From positions 21,080,001 through 21,144,000 of the forward strand of contig NC_135909.1 in assembly GCF_964194155.1 (NCBI RefSeq): DNA of 64,000 nt, written 5' to 3'. The DNA comes from Cetorhinus maximus (Eukaryota). The notes under the pieces were generated by a model. That model searched no databases and was not told the DNA's origin. It saw only the letters and a program-made list of their open reading frames with translations. The first letter of the stretch is position 1, and each line of letters begins with the position of its first letter. Position numbers and translations under genes: made by a program. Below are positions 47,300 through 59,168 of the stretch, piece after piece.

Positions 47300-50200
47300 T
47301 TTCTATTCTGTCTCTTCAGATATTTGTCCTCTGTAGCTATGTGAATGTGGCCAATCAGTAACTGATATTTGGATAAAGCTTTTAATCTATGTCAGTTTGT
47401 GGCAGTTGATTACAACAATTAATTCATAACATTAATCTCCAATTTATGTTTTTTTAAATCTCCACACCATGCAGCTTCAAAGGACGTGTTTTCCTGTGTT
47501 CCTGTCAGTCTCTCCTATGTCAGTCTGTATTTTAATCTGCACCTGTCAGTCTCTGCTACATGAGTGTGGGTTTGACTCTGTCTCTTTCCATCTCCCAAAT
47601 GTGGATGTGGCTTTTCATCTGCTATTGTCAGTTCCTGATAGGTGACAATCTGTTTTTGTTTGTATTTGCCAATCTCTGTTCAGTGAATGCAGGTTTTGTT
47701 TCCATCAATCACTGATGTGTGTGTGTGTGGGTTTTACTCCTTGTCTGTCAGTAGGTAATTTTGTATTTTATTCTGTACTGTTGGTATTTGGTATGGAAAG
47801 TGTTTTTTTTACTCCATATTTCGCAGTCTGTGGTATGGTGTGCAATTTGTCTGCACATGCTCATTTCTGATATGTGAAGGTTTTTTTTACCCTGTACATA
47901 TCAATATTTGGCATAATTGGGTGTTTTTTTGTAGCTTCTAGTTTCTTATTTTGAGTGTGGCTTTACTGTGTTTCTGGCAGTGTCGGGTATGTGTGAATGA
48001 GTGTTTTTTTTAAACTCCCTGTGTCTAAAAGTTTCTCATATGTGAATGTGACTTTGACAATCTACCTGTCAGGTTTGGTAGGTGTGAGTGTGTTGTACAA
48101 AGCAGCTGTCAGTTCCTGTTGAGCCAGTGATGGCCTTACACATATACTCGAAATTAACAGGGATGATGTAAGTGTTTTATTTTGAACAAGTTGGTTGCTT
48201 GCTGGTGAGTTTAGTTTCACATTGTGTCTTTCTGTAGTTTGAGAGTGTGGGTTTTAGTCTGTATCTCCTGTTTTGTTTTGAGATGAGTGGGCATTTTATG
48301 CTATTATAATTTCCATTTCTGGAACGTCAATGTGCCTTTTACACTGAATTGGTCAGTATCTGATGTGTGAGCATGCCCTTTACCTGCCATTTTCTGTTAT
48401 GAGTGTAGGTTTTAGTCTGCCTATCATTTTCTGTCATGTAATTGTGGGATACACACTATTCTTATTAACTTCTCTCATGCAATTTCACATTTAATCTTAT
48501 TTTTTAAGAACATAATAAATAGGACCAGGAGTAGGTCATTCAGCCCCTTGAATATGCTCCACTATTCAATAAGACCATGGCTGATATAACTGTGACCTTT
48601 CCTGCCTGGCCCCCAAAGCCTCGACTCCCTCGTCAATCAGAAATCAGTCCAACACAGCTTTGAATTTATTCAAAGGTCCAGCCTCCACTGCTCTCCGGGG
48701 AAGAGAATTCCAAAATCTAACCATCCTTTGGGAGAAAAAGTCCTTCTCATTGCAGTCTAAAATGGGAGACACTTTATTATAAGCTGTGGACCATAGTTCT
48801 AGACTCCTCATGAGGGGGAACGTCCTCCCAGAATCTGCCCTGTCAAGTCCCCTCAGAAACTTATATTTCTAAATAAGATCACCTCCCATTCTTCTCAACT
48901 CCACTGAGTATTGGCCTAAATCGAGCAACCTTTCCTCATACGACCAATTTGTCTCATCTATGTCAATGTTGGTTTTACTCTGATTCCCTCACTGTCCGAT
49001 ATGTGATTGTGGGCTTTGTCCTGTAACTTTTGGTTCCTGCTAAGTGTCTGGATTTTAATCTCTATCTGTTAGACTCTGCTATGATCGTATGCATTTCCTG
49101 ATTTATTATATCTAACTCTATAACCGTCAGTAAGTGGTATGACCGTGTGGATTTATATTAAATATGTGATTTCCTGCCATGTTAGTGTTGTTTTCACTCT
49201 GTACAAGTCAGTATTTTGGAAGACTGGGTTATATACTGCACCGGTCAAACTTTTAAGTGGGGCAATGTGCTTTAATCTGTTTCTGTCAATCTCTTTTATG
49301 TAAGTACCTAATTTTATATCCACCTGTCTGTTTCTGAAAAATGGGTGTAATCTGTATTGTGTCCTGCCCAGTTTCTGGTTCAGTGAGAATTAGTTTGCTC
49401 TATCTCCATCTGTTTCTGCTATGAGAATCTGGGCTTTATTGTGCAAGTCACTTACTGATGTGTGATTGTGGATTTTAACTGTTTCAGTTTTGGATAGGTA
49501 GACTTAATTATTTTTGCCTATTTTTGTTACATGAGTGTGTATTTTATTTTGTTCCTGTCGTTTTTTGCTGTTGTGAATGCTGGTTTTGCTTTGGGTCTGT
49601 CAATTTCTTAAACATGTATCTGGGTTTTCCTTTGTACTTGGACATTTCCAGTGTGGGAGAAAAGGCCTTACTCTTTATATGTTAATTTCTGACAAGTGAA
49701 TATGGGATTGCTGTGAACCTCAGTGTCTGATTTGTTATTTTTGGCTTTAATCTTTACCTGACAGTTTCCAGTCTGTGAATCAGGATCTTCTTCTGCACCT
49801 GTCAGTTACAGCTAGGTGAGTGTCTATTTTTCTCTGTACAAGTTAGTCTCTGGTATGGAAGAAAGGTTTTTCTCCTGTACCTTTTAAATTCTGGCAAGTG
49901 AATGTGCGGTCACTCTGTGCCTATCAATTTGTTAGATGTTATTTTAGATTTAACTCTGCAATTGTGTGTGTCTGATATGAGAATGTTGATCTAATTCTGT
50001 ACCTGTCAGTTACTGTAACAGAATATGTTTTTATTCAGTACCTCTTCATTTTGTTTAATGAGATGTAGGTTTTACTGTGAATCTTTTAACCTGTAGAATG
50101 TAGATGTTGCTATGATTCGGTGTCTGTGTCTGATTGGTGAACATTTGTATTCATTTCCCTGTCTGTTCAAAACCTGTGAAAGTTGATTTTATTATGGACT

Positions 50201-52900
50201 TCTTTATAATTGAAATGTGACTGTGGGTTTTGTGCTTTGCCTGCACGTCTATGATAAGTGAGTGTGGCTTTTTCCCTACAATGGGATATCTCGCTCGAGT
50301 GTGACCATCTTTTTTTTTGTGCTTGTTAGTTTATGGTAAATGATTGAAAGGTTTAATCTTACTTCGCCACACAACTACTACAGCTTCAGGAACAGGTCAA
50401 AGCAGGTCCACAGTGAGTAACTGACCTTTGCACTCCTTAAAGCCTATTCTGTGAGTTACAACCTACTAGTCAGAAGTGTGATTAAATACTTTCCACTACT
50501 GAGCGCAATCCCAACAACACTCATGCAGATTAATAATATTCTGGATAAAGTATCTGAGTGACACACAATTCATGAGTCCATTCCCTCCCCCACTCTCACA
50601 CAGTTCGTACCATCTACGAGATCTGCTGCAGCAACGGAAAAAGACTACTTCAACAGCATCCTTCTAACCCGCAACCTGTTATACCTAGAAGAACATGTAC
50701 AGAAGGTGCCTGGAATAACACCACCTGCAAAGTCACCCCCAATTCAAACACCATCCTGACTTGACAATATGTCACCATTCAGTCATCATCACTGGGTCAA
50801 AATCCTGGAACTTGCTACCTAACAACAAATTTGCCACACCTATGGATGACAGACAGCATCAGACAGAAGGCAGTCCACCACCGCCTTCATAATGACAATT
50901 GGGGAGGAGCAAAACTCCTGGACTTTCTAGTGACACAAACATCCAAAGAAGAAATCAAACAATATTAGTAACTGCTCTATGTGTGAAATACATTTGTTCA
51001 GTATCTGCTCATCACTGGTTCAATCTGTGAGTATGTAAATCATTTTGTATCTGCCAGTCACTGCAAGTGAATGGATGTGGGATTCATTATGTATTCATCA
51101 TTCTCTGCTTCACCATGAGAGTTTTGGACTAATTCATTAGCTGATAATTGTATGCCTTTATCATATTCTGGTAATGAATGCGCTTGTTGTAATAATTCTA
51201 TATCTGACTGTTTCTGGTACTAAATGCAATTCTGGGATTCATGCTGTAACTTCTAGTTCTGTGAACTGTACATGAGTGAGATTTGTTCAATATCTGTCAC
51301 TGTTTTTTTGTGAGATGGTGGAATTCATTCTCTATCTGCAAATCTTGTACCATGTGAGAGCAATAGGGTTCACTCTGCATCTATCAATCTCTGGACTGAA
51401 TGTGTGAGAGAGATTTATTGTGTGTGTGTCAGTCTCTGCTTCTATATGCAAGTCCTGATGTCAATCTGTACCTCCCAGTCTCCGCTCTGTGAGTGTGGTC
51501 ACATTCACTGTCTGCCACTGTTCTGTGTGACTGTGGGATTCATTCTGTGATCATAAGCCCTTGGGACTCAGCAAGTGTGAGAGTCAATCTGCATCTCTCC
51601 ATTTGTCATCCATTATTAGGTTAATTCTGTAACTGTCATTCATTGAGGCTGTGTTGTTATGGCCTTACCTCTCCATCTGTTAGTCTCTGATTTGGGATGA
51701 GAGTGTGGGATATATTCTGTATCTGACAGACTCTGGTCATGTGTGTCAGTGTGGATTATTTTCTCTTTCTGCCATTCTCTGGTACTGAATGGGACAGTTA
51801 ATTTAGTTCTGTATCTGTCAGTCTCGTGTGCTTTTTGCAAAAGAGTTTTTAATAATGTATCTGTCTTTGCTACTGTGTGTGAATATGAGATGAATTATGT
51901 ACCCATCAGTCTGTGGAACTGAATGTGATTTTGTGATCCATTCCATCTGTCAGTCCCCAGAATTACAACTGAATGTGGAGCTCATTCTGAAGCTGCCATT
52001 ATCTGGAAGTGAGTGAGAGTTTAATGTTAATTCTACTGCCATTAGTCTTTGAATAATTATATGCGTACCTGATTTATTTTGTATGTATCAGTCTCTGGTA
52101 TTGTATCCAAATGCTGTTTTCTGTCTGTATCTGTCAGTTGTGGTACTTTGTACGAGTGCAGGATGAGCTACATAAATGCAATTCTTTGATCCTGTGATTG
52201 ATCTATTCAATTTGCTTCAAATTTTCTGCTGTGAAATGAAAAGTGTGTTTTATTCTTTGCTTTCTTTCCGTTTCCTGTGGAGTGTAATACTGTTGCATTC
52301 AACCTGCTTCTGTCAGTCTTTTATGTTGCATGTGAATGCCTTATTCCTTCTGTATCAGTCATCTCCTACAGAACTCCAGAAGCTTGACACAACCCAGGAC
52401 AAAGCAGCCTGCTTGATTAGTGCCACATCCACAAACATTAACTCCCTCCACCACTGACACACAGTAGCAGCAGTGTATACCATCTACAAGATGAGCTGTA
52501 GGAACTCACCAAGCCTCCTTAGACAGCACCTTCCAAACCTGTATTCTATATTTTTCAATCTTATCTGCTCAATGCGAATTAGTTATTGTTGGCCATCAAT
52601 CTCAGGTACAATAAGTGAGTGTGGACTTTGTGATACCTTTGTCAGTTCCTGGTACTGTATATGACAGTGGACTATATTCTGCATCTTTCTGTCAACGACA
52701 GTGTATATGAAAGTAGCTTTAATTTTGTAGTTTTCAATCTCTAGATTGAATGTGTGCTTGGAATTATTGTTTATATGTCTGTCTCTAGGTGGATGAATGA
52801 GTTTTGGATTTATTCTCTATCTATGCATCTCTGGTGTTGAATGTAACTGGGATTTCATAAATTATGGTATCAATATTTGTTTAACCTTTGCTTTCTTGTA
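47300..52900 (+). repeat. Long degenerate satellite, ~40-46-bp period (approx. tgtgagtgtgggttttattctgtatctgtcagtctctggtac), with CR1/LINE fragments at ~48505-48945, 50540-50960 and 52365-52540
   Basis: Recurrent ctgtcagt / tgtgagtgtgg / attctgtatct motifs at regular spacing; T/G strand bias; few ORFs. Confidence 0.75.
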
Positions 52901-53999
52901 AAATATTTATTCAATGTTTTCTTTCACAGCCGTAGGTTACATTCAGTAGTTTTGTATGGGATATGTAGTGCTGTTCAATTTGTATCTCTGTGAAAACAAA
53001 TTGAAATGATAACATATACATCGATCTGATACTTGGCCTGGTGTGTAATTTGTGCAGTTTTTAAAAGGAAATTGATACTTTAACTCGATGTTCTCGTCTA
53101 ACACTTAGTGAGATTTTGGAACTGGTATTTAATCTGTAGCCCGGTCTACACTCTGGGATACCTAACAGCAATGTATTCTGTATCTCACAAAAGGGTAAAT
53201 GTTGTCTGATGGAGTTAATAATTGGTATTTAATTTGTGGACAAGGTGACACTGTGTACTTAAAAATAATAGTGGGTTTGCTTTTGCCCTGGGATTGATGT
53301 ATCTAGTTCTCAGTTGTACTAGGTTGGAGTGCAATGGAAACAACTTCTCCCACCAATGCTCTGTTTTAATATTTTATTGAAAGGGCACCTCCCAACCTTT
53401 GGACCTATGTGGGTCTCTATACTGTTTCATTTTGGCCTAAAGGCCTGGCAGTATCTCTGTGCTTTGTGAGTGATATTGTACTCACTGTGAGTTGGAACCA
53501 TCAGGCTGCACTTTTCCTTGTTTCGAGGAATCATCTGGTTCCTTCAATTCTTTCCATGCACACAGAAAGCATAACTCCTTCACCTGAAGAATAGGTGAAG
53601 TAGAAGGTACAAAAGTGATAAATGTATTTTTTTCAAGTAATAATTATTATGAAGAATCAACAGAGCAAAACCAGCAGCACACGCAGTACTGGAACAATCA
53701 GTTTCTACTCATCTGTTTTTTGAGTAGATTTGTAACAAGTTTGTGACCTGCAGAGACAACCTGTCCTGTGCACTGCTCCTTGAATTAGGCTATCTGATGG
53801 AGAAGTGACCTTTGCAAGGGTCAAATTTCTCTTTACATCTCCCTTTGAACTAACAGTACACCCGGAAACAAGCAGGTACAGTTTAAAATGTCTCTTTCAC
53901 ACTTCTCACCTGGTGCCTGAAATTGATCTTCTTTGTGTAACTGGAAACATTGTTACTGTGCGGCTATTTTCCCCGCCATTCTCTGTCCAATAACAAGGG

Positions 54000-54620
54000 A
54001 CAGTGGGAGCCGGAACTAAGCCAGGAAGCTTCACTCGGGTTTGGGGAGAGAAAGCAGCAATGATCTTCAATGGCGAGTTCTTCTCACTCTGTCCAGACAC
54101 TGCTCGAGAATGGCCTCTCCCTTCCCCCCGCTCACTCCATGTTCCGGGAGCAGCTCGTGTTCCAGGGAGCCCATTAAAAACAGCCGCCGCCTCCGCCTCA
54201 GCTGCCCGGACACTCAATGCCAATCTCTGAGCATATCTGCGGACGCGGCTCCAAACCGATGCGCTGCTTTAAGCAGATGCTGTTTGTTCACTTCCCTCTG
54301 GGGCGGTGATGTCTCCGATCGCTGCTGAATTAAACCCTATTCCGCTCACTGAGTGAATGACGCTCTCGGCCATTGTTGGGGGAGGGGTTGCGCATGCGCT
54401 GTTATCCTCATGGTGACGACACTGGGGGCGGGCTTATACTGCGCGTGCGCATATTTGAGAAGCAATTCAGCCGCTAAAATCAATGGGAATTTTGCCCATT
54501 TCACTCTCATCACAGAGAGAACAAAATCTCCAAACCTGTGTCGGCGCGGGGGGCAAGGGGCGTTGGGCGCGAGTGGACGTGTAGCAGAAGCGGGGACCAT
54601 TCGCGCGTTTGAATCTCTGT
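54000..54620 (-). promoter_or_regulatory. CpG-island promoter with possible non-coding first exon
   Basis: NRF1 sites TGCGCATGCGC (54389-54399) and TGCGCGTGCGCA (54440-54451), GC box at 54424-54433, YY1-like AATGGCCG on minus (~54367-54374), TCACTGAGTGA at 54346-54356; candidate GTGAG donors on minus near 54089 and 53909. Confidence 0.6.
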
Positions 54621-54837
54621 TTGTCCCATTTCGATATTCATTTTGCGTCCATCCCCTGCAGATTGTTTGTTATTAAACTGTCTCTCATCCCGTTAAATTT
54701 ACACTTTCTACAATCTCGGATATTAGTATTTTTTAGTTTTCACATTTTTGAAATTTGTAATTGAATTGTATTCCATTATGCTCACTCGTAATAAAATCAT
54801 TGATCATAGAGTCAATTACTCAATACTAACTGTATTA

Positions 54838-57025
54838 TGGCCGTCTCCCCTTACCTCCCTCTGGACCATGACCCCACCGCCGAACATCAAGCCATTGTTT
54901 CCAGGACTGTGACTGACCTCACCTCCTCTGGATATCTTCACTCCACAGCTTCTAACCTCAGTCTCCCAACCTCGGACGGCCCGCTACTACCGCCTGCCAA
55001 AAATCCAGAAACAGGACTGTCCAGTTAGACTGACCTTGTCAGCATGTTCTTGCCCCACGGAACTCACTTCTTCTCATCTTGACTCCGTTCTCTCTCCCCT
55101 TCTCCAGTCTCTTCTCACCTACATCCATGATTCATCTGGTGCCCTATATCAAATCAACAATTTCCAGTTCCCTGGCCCCAACCGCATCCTCTTCACCATG
55201 GATGTCCAATCCCTATCAACCTCCATCCCCCACCAGGATGGTTTAAGGGCTCTCCGCTTCTTCCTTGAACAGAGGCCTGAACAATCCCCATCCACCACCA
55301 ATCTCCTCTGACTGGCTGAACTTGTACTCTCACTGGACAATTCCTCCTTGAACGTGACTCACTTCCTCTAAATAAAAGGTGTCATTATGGGTACCTGCAT
55401 GGGCCCCAGTTATGCCTGTCTCTTTATGAGGTATATGAAACATTCCTTGTTCCAGTCCTACTCAGGCCCCCTCCCACAACTCTTTTTCTGGTAGCCCCCT
55501 CCCACAACTCTTTTTCTGGTACATTGATGACTGCGTTGGTGCCGCTTCATGCTCTCGTCTGGACTTGGAAAATGTATTAATTTTGCTTCCAATTTCCACC
55601 CCTCCATCACTTTCACATGGTCCATCACTGACATTTTCCTTCCCATCCTTGACCTCCCTGTTTCAATTTTTGGTGATCGTTCATCAAAATTCAATACAAG
55701 CCCGCCGACTCCCACAGCTACCTCGACTACAACTTCTCACACCCTGCTTCCTTTAAGGACTCCATCCCATTCTCTTTGTTCCTTCGTCTCCACAGCATCT
55801 GTTCTGATGATGCCACTTTCCAAAACACTGATTTTAACATGTCTTCCTGCTTCCTTAACCGAGGTTTCCTGCCCACGGTGGTTGACAGAGCCCTCAGCCG
55901 TGTCCGACCCATTTCCCGTGCCTCTGCCCTCACATTGTCCTCTCCCTCCCAGAAACATGATAGGGTCCCCCTTGTCCTCACTTTTTACCCCATCAGCATT
56001 AAAAGGATCATCCTCCACCATTTCCGCCAACCCCAGGATGATGCCACCACCAAACATTTCTTCTCTTCACCTTGCCTGGCAGCATTCCATAGGGACCGCT
56101 CCCCTCAGGACACCCTGGTCCACTCCACCATCATCCCATACACTTTAACCCGCTGCCATGGTACCTTCCCATGCAACTGCAGAAGGAGCAACACCTGCCT
56201 CTTTACACTACCCCCTCCTCAAATCCAAGGGCCCAAACACTCCTTTCAAGTAAAGCAGCACTTCACTTGCACCCTCCCAACATGGTCTCCTCTACATTGG
56301 AGAGACCAAACGTAGACTGGGTGACCGCTTTGCAGAACACCTTCCGTCTGTTCACAATCATGACCCGGACCTCCCTGTCGCTTGCCATTTCAACATCCCA
56401 TCCTGCTCTCATGTCCATTCTTGGCCTGCTGCAACGTTCCAAACTGGAGGAACAGCACCTCATCTTTCGACTAGGCACTTTACAGCCTTCTGGACTTAAC
56501 ACTGAGTTCAACAACTTCAGATCATGAACTCTCCCCTCGATCCCCACCCCCTTTCCGATCCCCCTTTTTCCAATAATTTATATCTTTTTAAATGTATTTT
56601 TCTTTTCCCACCAATTTCCATTATTTTTAAATGTATTTCCATCCATTGTTTCATCTCCACCTTTTAGCCTATTTCGATCCCTTCCCCCCACCCCACCCCA
56701 CTAGTGCCATCTGTCACTTGCTCGTCCTGCTTTCTACCCTTAATGTCACCATCAGCACATTCCTTAGATAATATCACCACCATCAACACCCCTTTGTCCT
56801 TTTGTCTATGACATCTTTGGCAATCTCTCTTTTGCTTCCACCTATCACTGGCCCTCCACCCAGCTCTACCTGTCCCACCCCCCTCAACCAGCTAATATTT
56901 CACCACATTCCAATATTCCCTCGGTTCTGATGAAGAGACATACGGACTCGAAACGTTAACTGTGTTCCTCTCCACAGATGCTGTTAGACCTGGTGAGTTT
57001 TTCCAGCTACTTTTATTTTTGTTTT
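54838..57025 (+). mobile_element. Penelope-like element (RT and GIY-YIG endonuclease, degenerate) with 3' terminal repeat
   Basis: FTMDVQSL..IPHQDGL, MGTCMGPSYACLFM, YIDD (tacattgatgac ~55520), LYIGETKRRLGDRFAEHL (~56290-56345), KLEEQHLIFRLGTLQPSGLN.EF. Confidence 0.92.
56923..56961 (+). ncRNA. Minimal type I hammerhead ribozyme motif in the Penelope terminal repeat
   Basis: GGTT-CTGATGA-A-GAGAC-ATACG-GACTC-GAAA-C-GTT-AACT: core CUGAUGA and GAAA, stem II with one mismatch, palindromic ACGT stem III, stem I GGTT/AACT. Confidence 0.7.
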
Positions 57026-57026
57026 G

Positions 57027-57284
57027 GTGCACTATGGCAGAAAGGCTTTAGACAGCGACCTTTCCCCATTGCGCCTTTGCGGCGTTTGCCCCAAGCTTTA
57101 GTGCTTCCCTCAGCACATAGCCCTGGACCTTGGCATGTGCCAGTCTGCAACAGTCAGCCGGGGAAGACCAGCAAGTTTCAGGCAGACCAAAGGGTGTCTT
57201 TCACCGAGTTGATGATCCTCCAGCTGCAGTTGATGTTTGTCTCAGTGTGTGTCCCTGGGAACAGCCCATAGAGCAGAGTCCTGC
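57027..57284 (-). mobile_element. Tx1/L1-clade LINE fragment (same family as 45176-47215)
   Basis: Aligns with 45540-45780 (gtgcactatgg, tttccccattg, cctcagcacatag, ggcagaccaaag, cagctgcag.tgatgttt, gtgtgtccctgg.aacag.ccatagagca). Confidence 0.85.
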
Positions 57285-57560
57285 TTCCAGAGATTTTCCC
57301 AACCTCACACTTTCACAAAGAATGAGGAAATCCTCTCACATTCGCTTCTCTTACATCTTCGGGAGGAATGGTGCTGCGGGCGTTGCTGATTGGTCACTTA
57401 GTGCTGCCTCTCATAATGTTATTCATATCACCAATCAGATATCTACTGAACTCACCAATCCGGAGACTCCACGGGGAGAGGGCGGAAAATACCGGCGCCA
57501 AATTATCAGATTCCAACCGTTTTTTTTCACATTTTAAAAGCCCGCCAAACTTCTCAAAAA
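57284..57560 (-). pseudogene. Orphan histone-type promoter, 5'UTR and first codons (probably H2A)
   Basis: Minus strand GAAA-ATC-TCT-GGA-AG (ATG TCT GGA AGA with ATG>ATC, 57284-57294), decayed TATA-like GATGTAAGAG (~57347-57357), CCAAT boxes at ~57389, 57431 and 57455, E2F-like TTTTCCGCC, TTTGGCGCC and TTTGGCGGG. Confidence 0.55.
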
Positions 57561-58373
57561 ACAGGACATAATATAGTACTAATTGGAAAGACCGAACTCA
57601 ATATACGAATGTTAGATTTACTTAATCTCGCTCTCTCCTTTCCTAGTCTACAGTTTATCTCTGTCCGTTTCTGATTTTAATTCTGGGTTTATCTGTATCT
57701 AAAAACAAGCTGAAAATATCGGCGCCAAGTTTTAGGAATCCAAACTTTCTTTTTATTCGACGTCGAAGACGGACGATATATTTATAAAACAAAAAATAGT
57801 GTTCAGATAGAAATTCCCATTAATGGTTAACATTTTATCCCAAGTTCCAGATTCGCTTTTAGAATCCGGAATCTATGCGGGGTTAATTTCGATCCTTTAT
57901 GAAACCCTTTAACCAGACGGCAGAAAGTCTCATTTACACAGTTCTGCAAACGGACGGTTTATTGTAGATATTCGACAGTCAAAAGTTAACATTTTTGGTG
58001 TAAATTTGCCAGCGTTGAGACTGAAAGTTCCTGCACAACCGGGGCTGATAGGAAATGAACTGATCGATTATTGAGACCAAACTTGACCGAAACTGGAAAC
58101 TGTCGCATTTGCGTTCTATTCTCCCTCTCTCCAAAACCAGGGAAAGGGGCCGAATATGAACACGTCTGAGTACAAATTACAGAGGGTCAGCGGACAGTCA
58201 TTAATTTATGGGCCATTATTAACAACAGCGAATGATTGAACAGAGTGATAAATCTACATTAGCCTGAAAGTGGGAAAAAAAACTAACAGAAAACATCGTT
58301 CGAAAATGTTCAAATTAGAAACACGACAAATTAAACATTGAGATGATATAGCTTTCTCGGAGAGATTGTGGGT

Positions 58374-58389
58374 GGCTCTTAAAAGAGCC
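58374..58389 (-). terminator. Histone 3' stem-loop (SLBP site) of H2B
   Basis: Reverse complement CAAC-GGCTCTTTTAAGAGCC-ACCCA, followed by HDE-like GAGAAAGCT. Confidence 0.95.
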
Positions 58390-58426
58390 GTTGTGTTTCG
58401 GGTGTTTTTCAGTCCATTGTGGGGTT

Positions 58427-58804
58427 TTACTTGGAGCTGGTGTACTTGGTCACCGCCTTTGTCCCTTCCGACACGGCGTGCTTGGCCAGTTCCCCGGGCA
58501 GCAGCAGGCGCACGGCGGTCTGGATCTCCCGGGAGCTGATGGTGCTGCGCTTGTTGTAATGGGCCAGGCGGGAAGCCTCACCCGCGATGCGCTCGAAAAT
58601 ATCGCTCACGAACGAGTTCATGATGCTCATGGCCTTGGAGGAGATGCCGGTGTCGGGGTGAACCTGCTTCATCACTTTGTAGATGTAGATGGAGTAACTC
58701 TCCTTCCTCGACTTTCGCCGCTTCTTGCCGCCCTTTGCTACCGGTTTAGTCACCGCTTTCTTGGCGCCCTTCTTAGCAACTGGTTTCTTCTTCTCTTCAA
58801 CCAT
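58427..58804 (-). CDS. H2B: Replication-dependent histone H2B, 125 aa
   Basis: [16 protein letters not shown]...[27 protein letters not shown]...[10 protein letters not shown]; intronless; Kozak AAGATGG; TATA upstream, stem-loop downstream. Confidence 0.97.
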   Translation of the reverse strand: MVEEKKKPVAKKGAKKAVTKPVAKGGKKRRKSRKESYSIYIYKVMKQVHPDTGISSKAMSIMNSFVSDIFERIAGEASRLAHYNKRSTISSREIQTAVRLLLPGELAKHAVSEGTKAVTKYTSSK

Positions 58805-58854
58805 CTTCAATCTCAATTTCACACACACAAATAAACCAAACCCCTTCCGTCCGC

Positions 58855-59010
58855 TCATTATATAGACAGTATGACAGATATATGCTAATGAGGAATGGGA
58901 GAACAATGATTCTGATTAGACATTTTAAAAACAAAACGGGATTTATTTTGTGGTTTTTTTTGATTGGATAGCAAAACCGACCAATCATATTTAGGTTTCT
59001 CCACCAATCA
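58855..59010 (-). promoter_or_regulatory. H2B promoter
   Basis: TATATAA at 58858-58864, variant octamer ATTAGCAT at 58882-58889, CCAAT on minus at 58963-58967 and on plus at 58981 and 59004. Confidence 0.88.
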
Positions 59011-59168
59011 TAAGCCTCCTTACTACAATCAGGAAATACATTTTCCAAAGCCCCTCTCCAGCCGGAGTTTCTCAGTGTGTAAAGATACACCGGGAAATGT
59101 CGCCTGGCTGTCGGTGCGAGGGACTGTCCGGGAATGTGGGGTTCCTTCAGGAACTGTGAGTGTCTGGT

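Noticed and set aside
47215-47300. Possible displaced 5'UTR/promoter of the H2B pseudogene beyond the Tx1 element
   Set aside because: Only weak resemblance to 58805-58860, with no ATG, TATA or TSD recognisable
55467-55521. Direct repeat cccctcccacaactctttttctggta x2
   Set aside because: A local slippage duplication inside a dead Penelope RT; no sign of function
58805-58906. 34-aa N-terminal extension of H2B in the ORF track
   Set aside because: It runs through the TATA box and octamer; the ATG at 58804 has the proper context and gives a normal-length H2B
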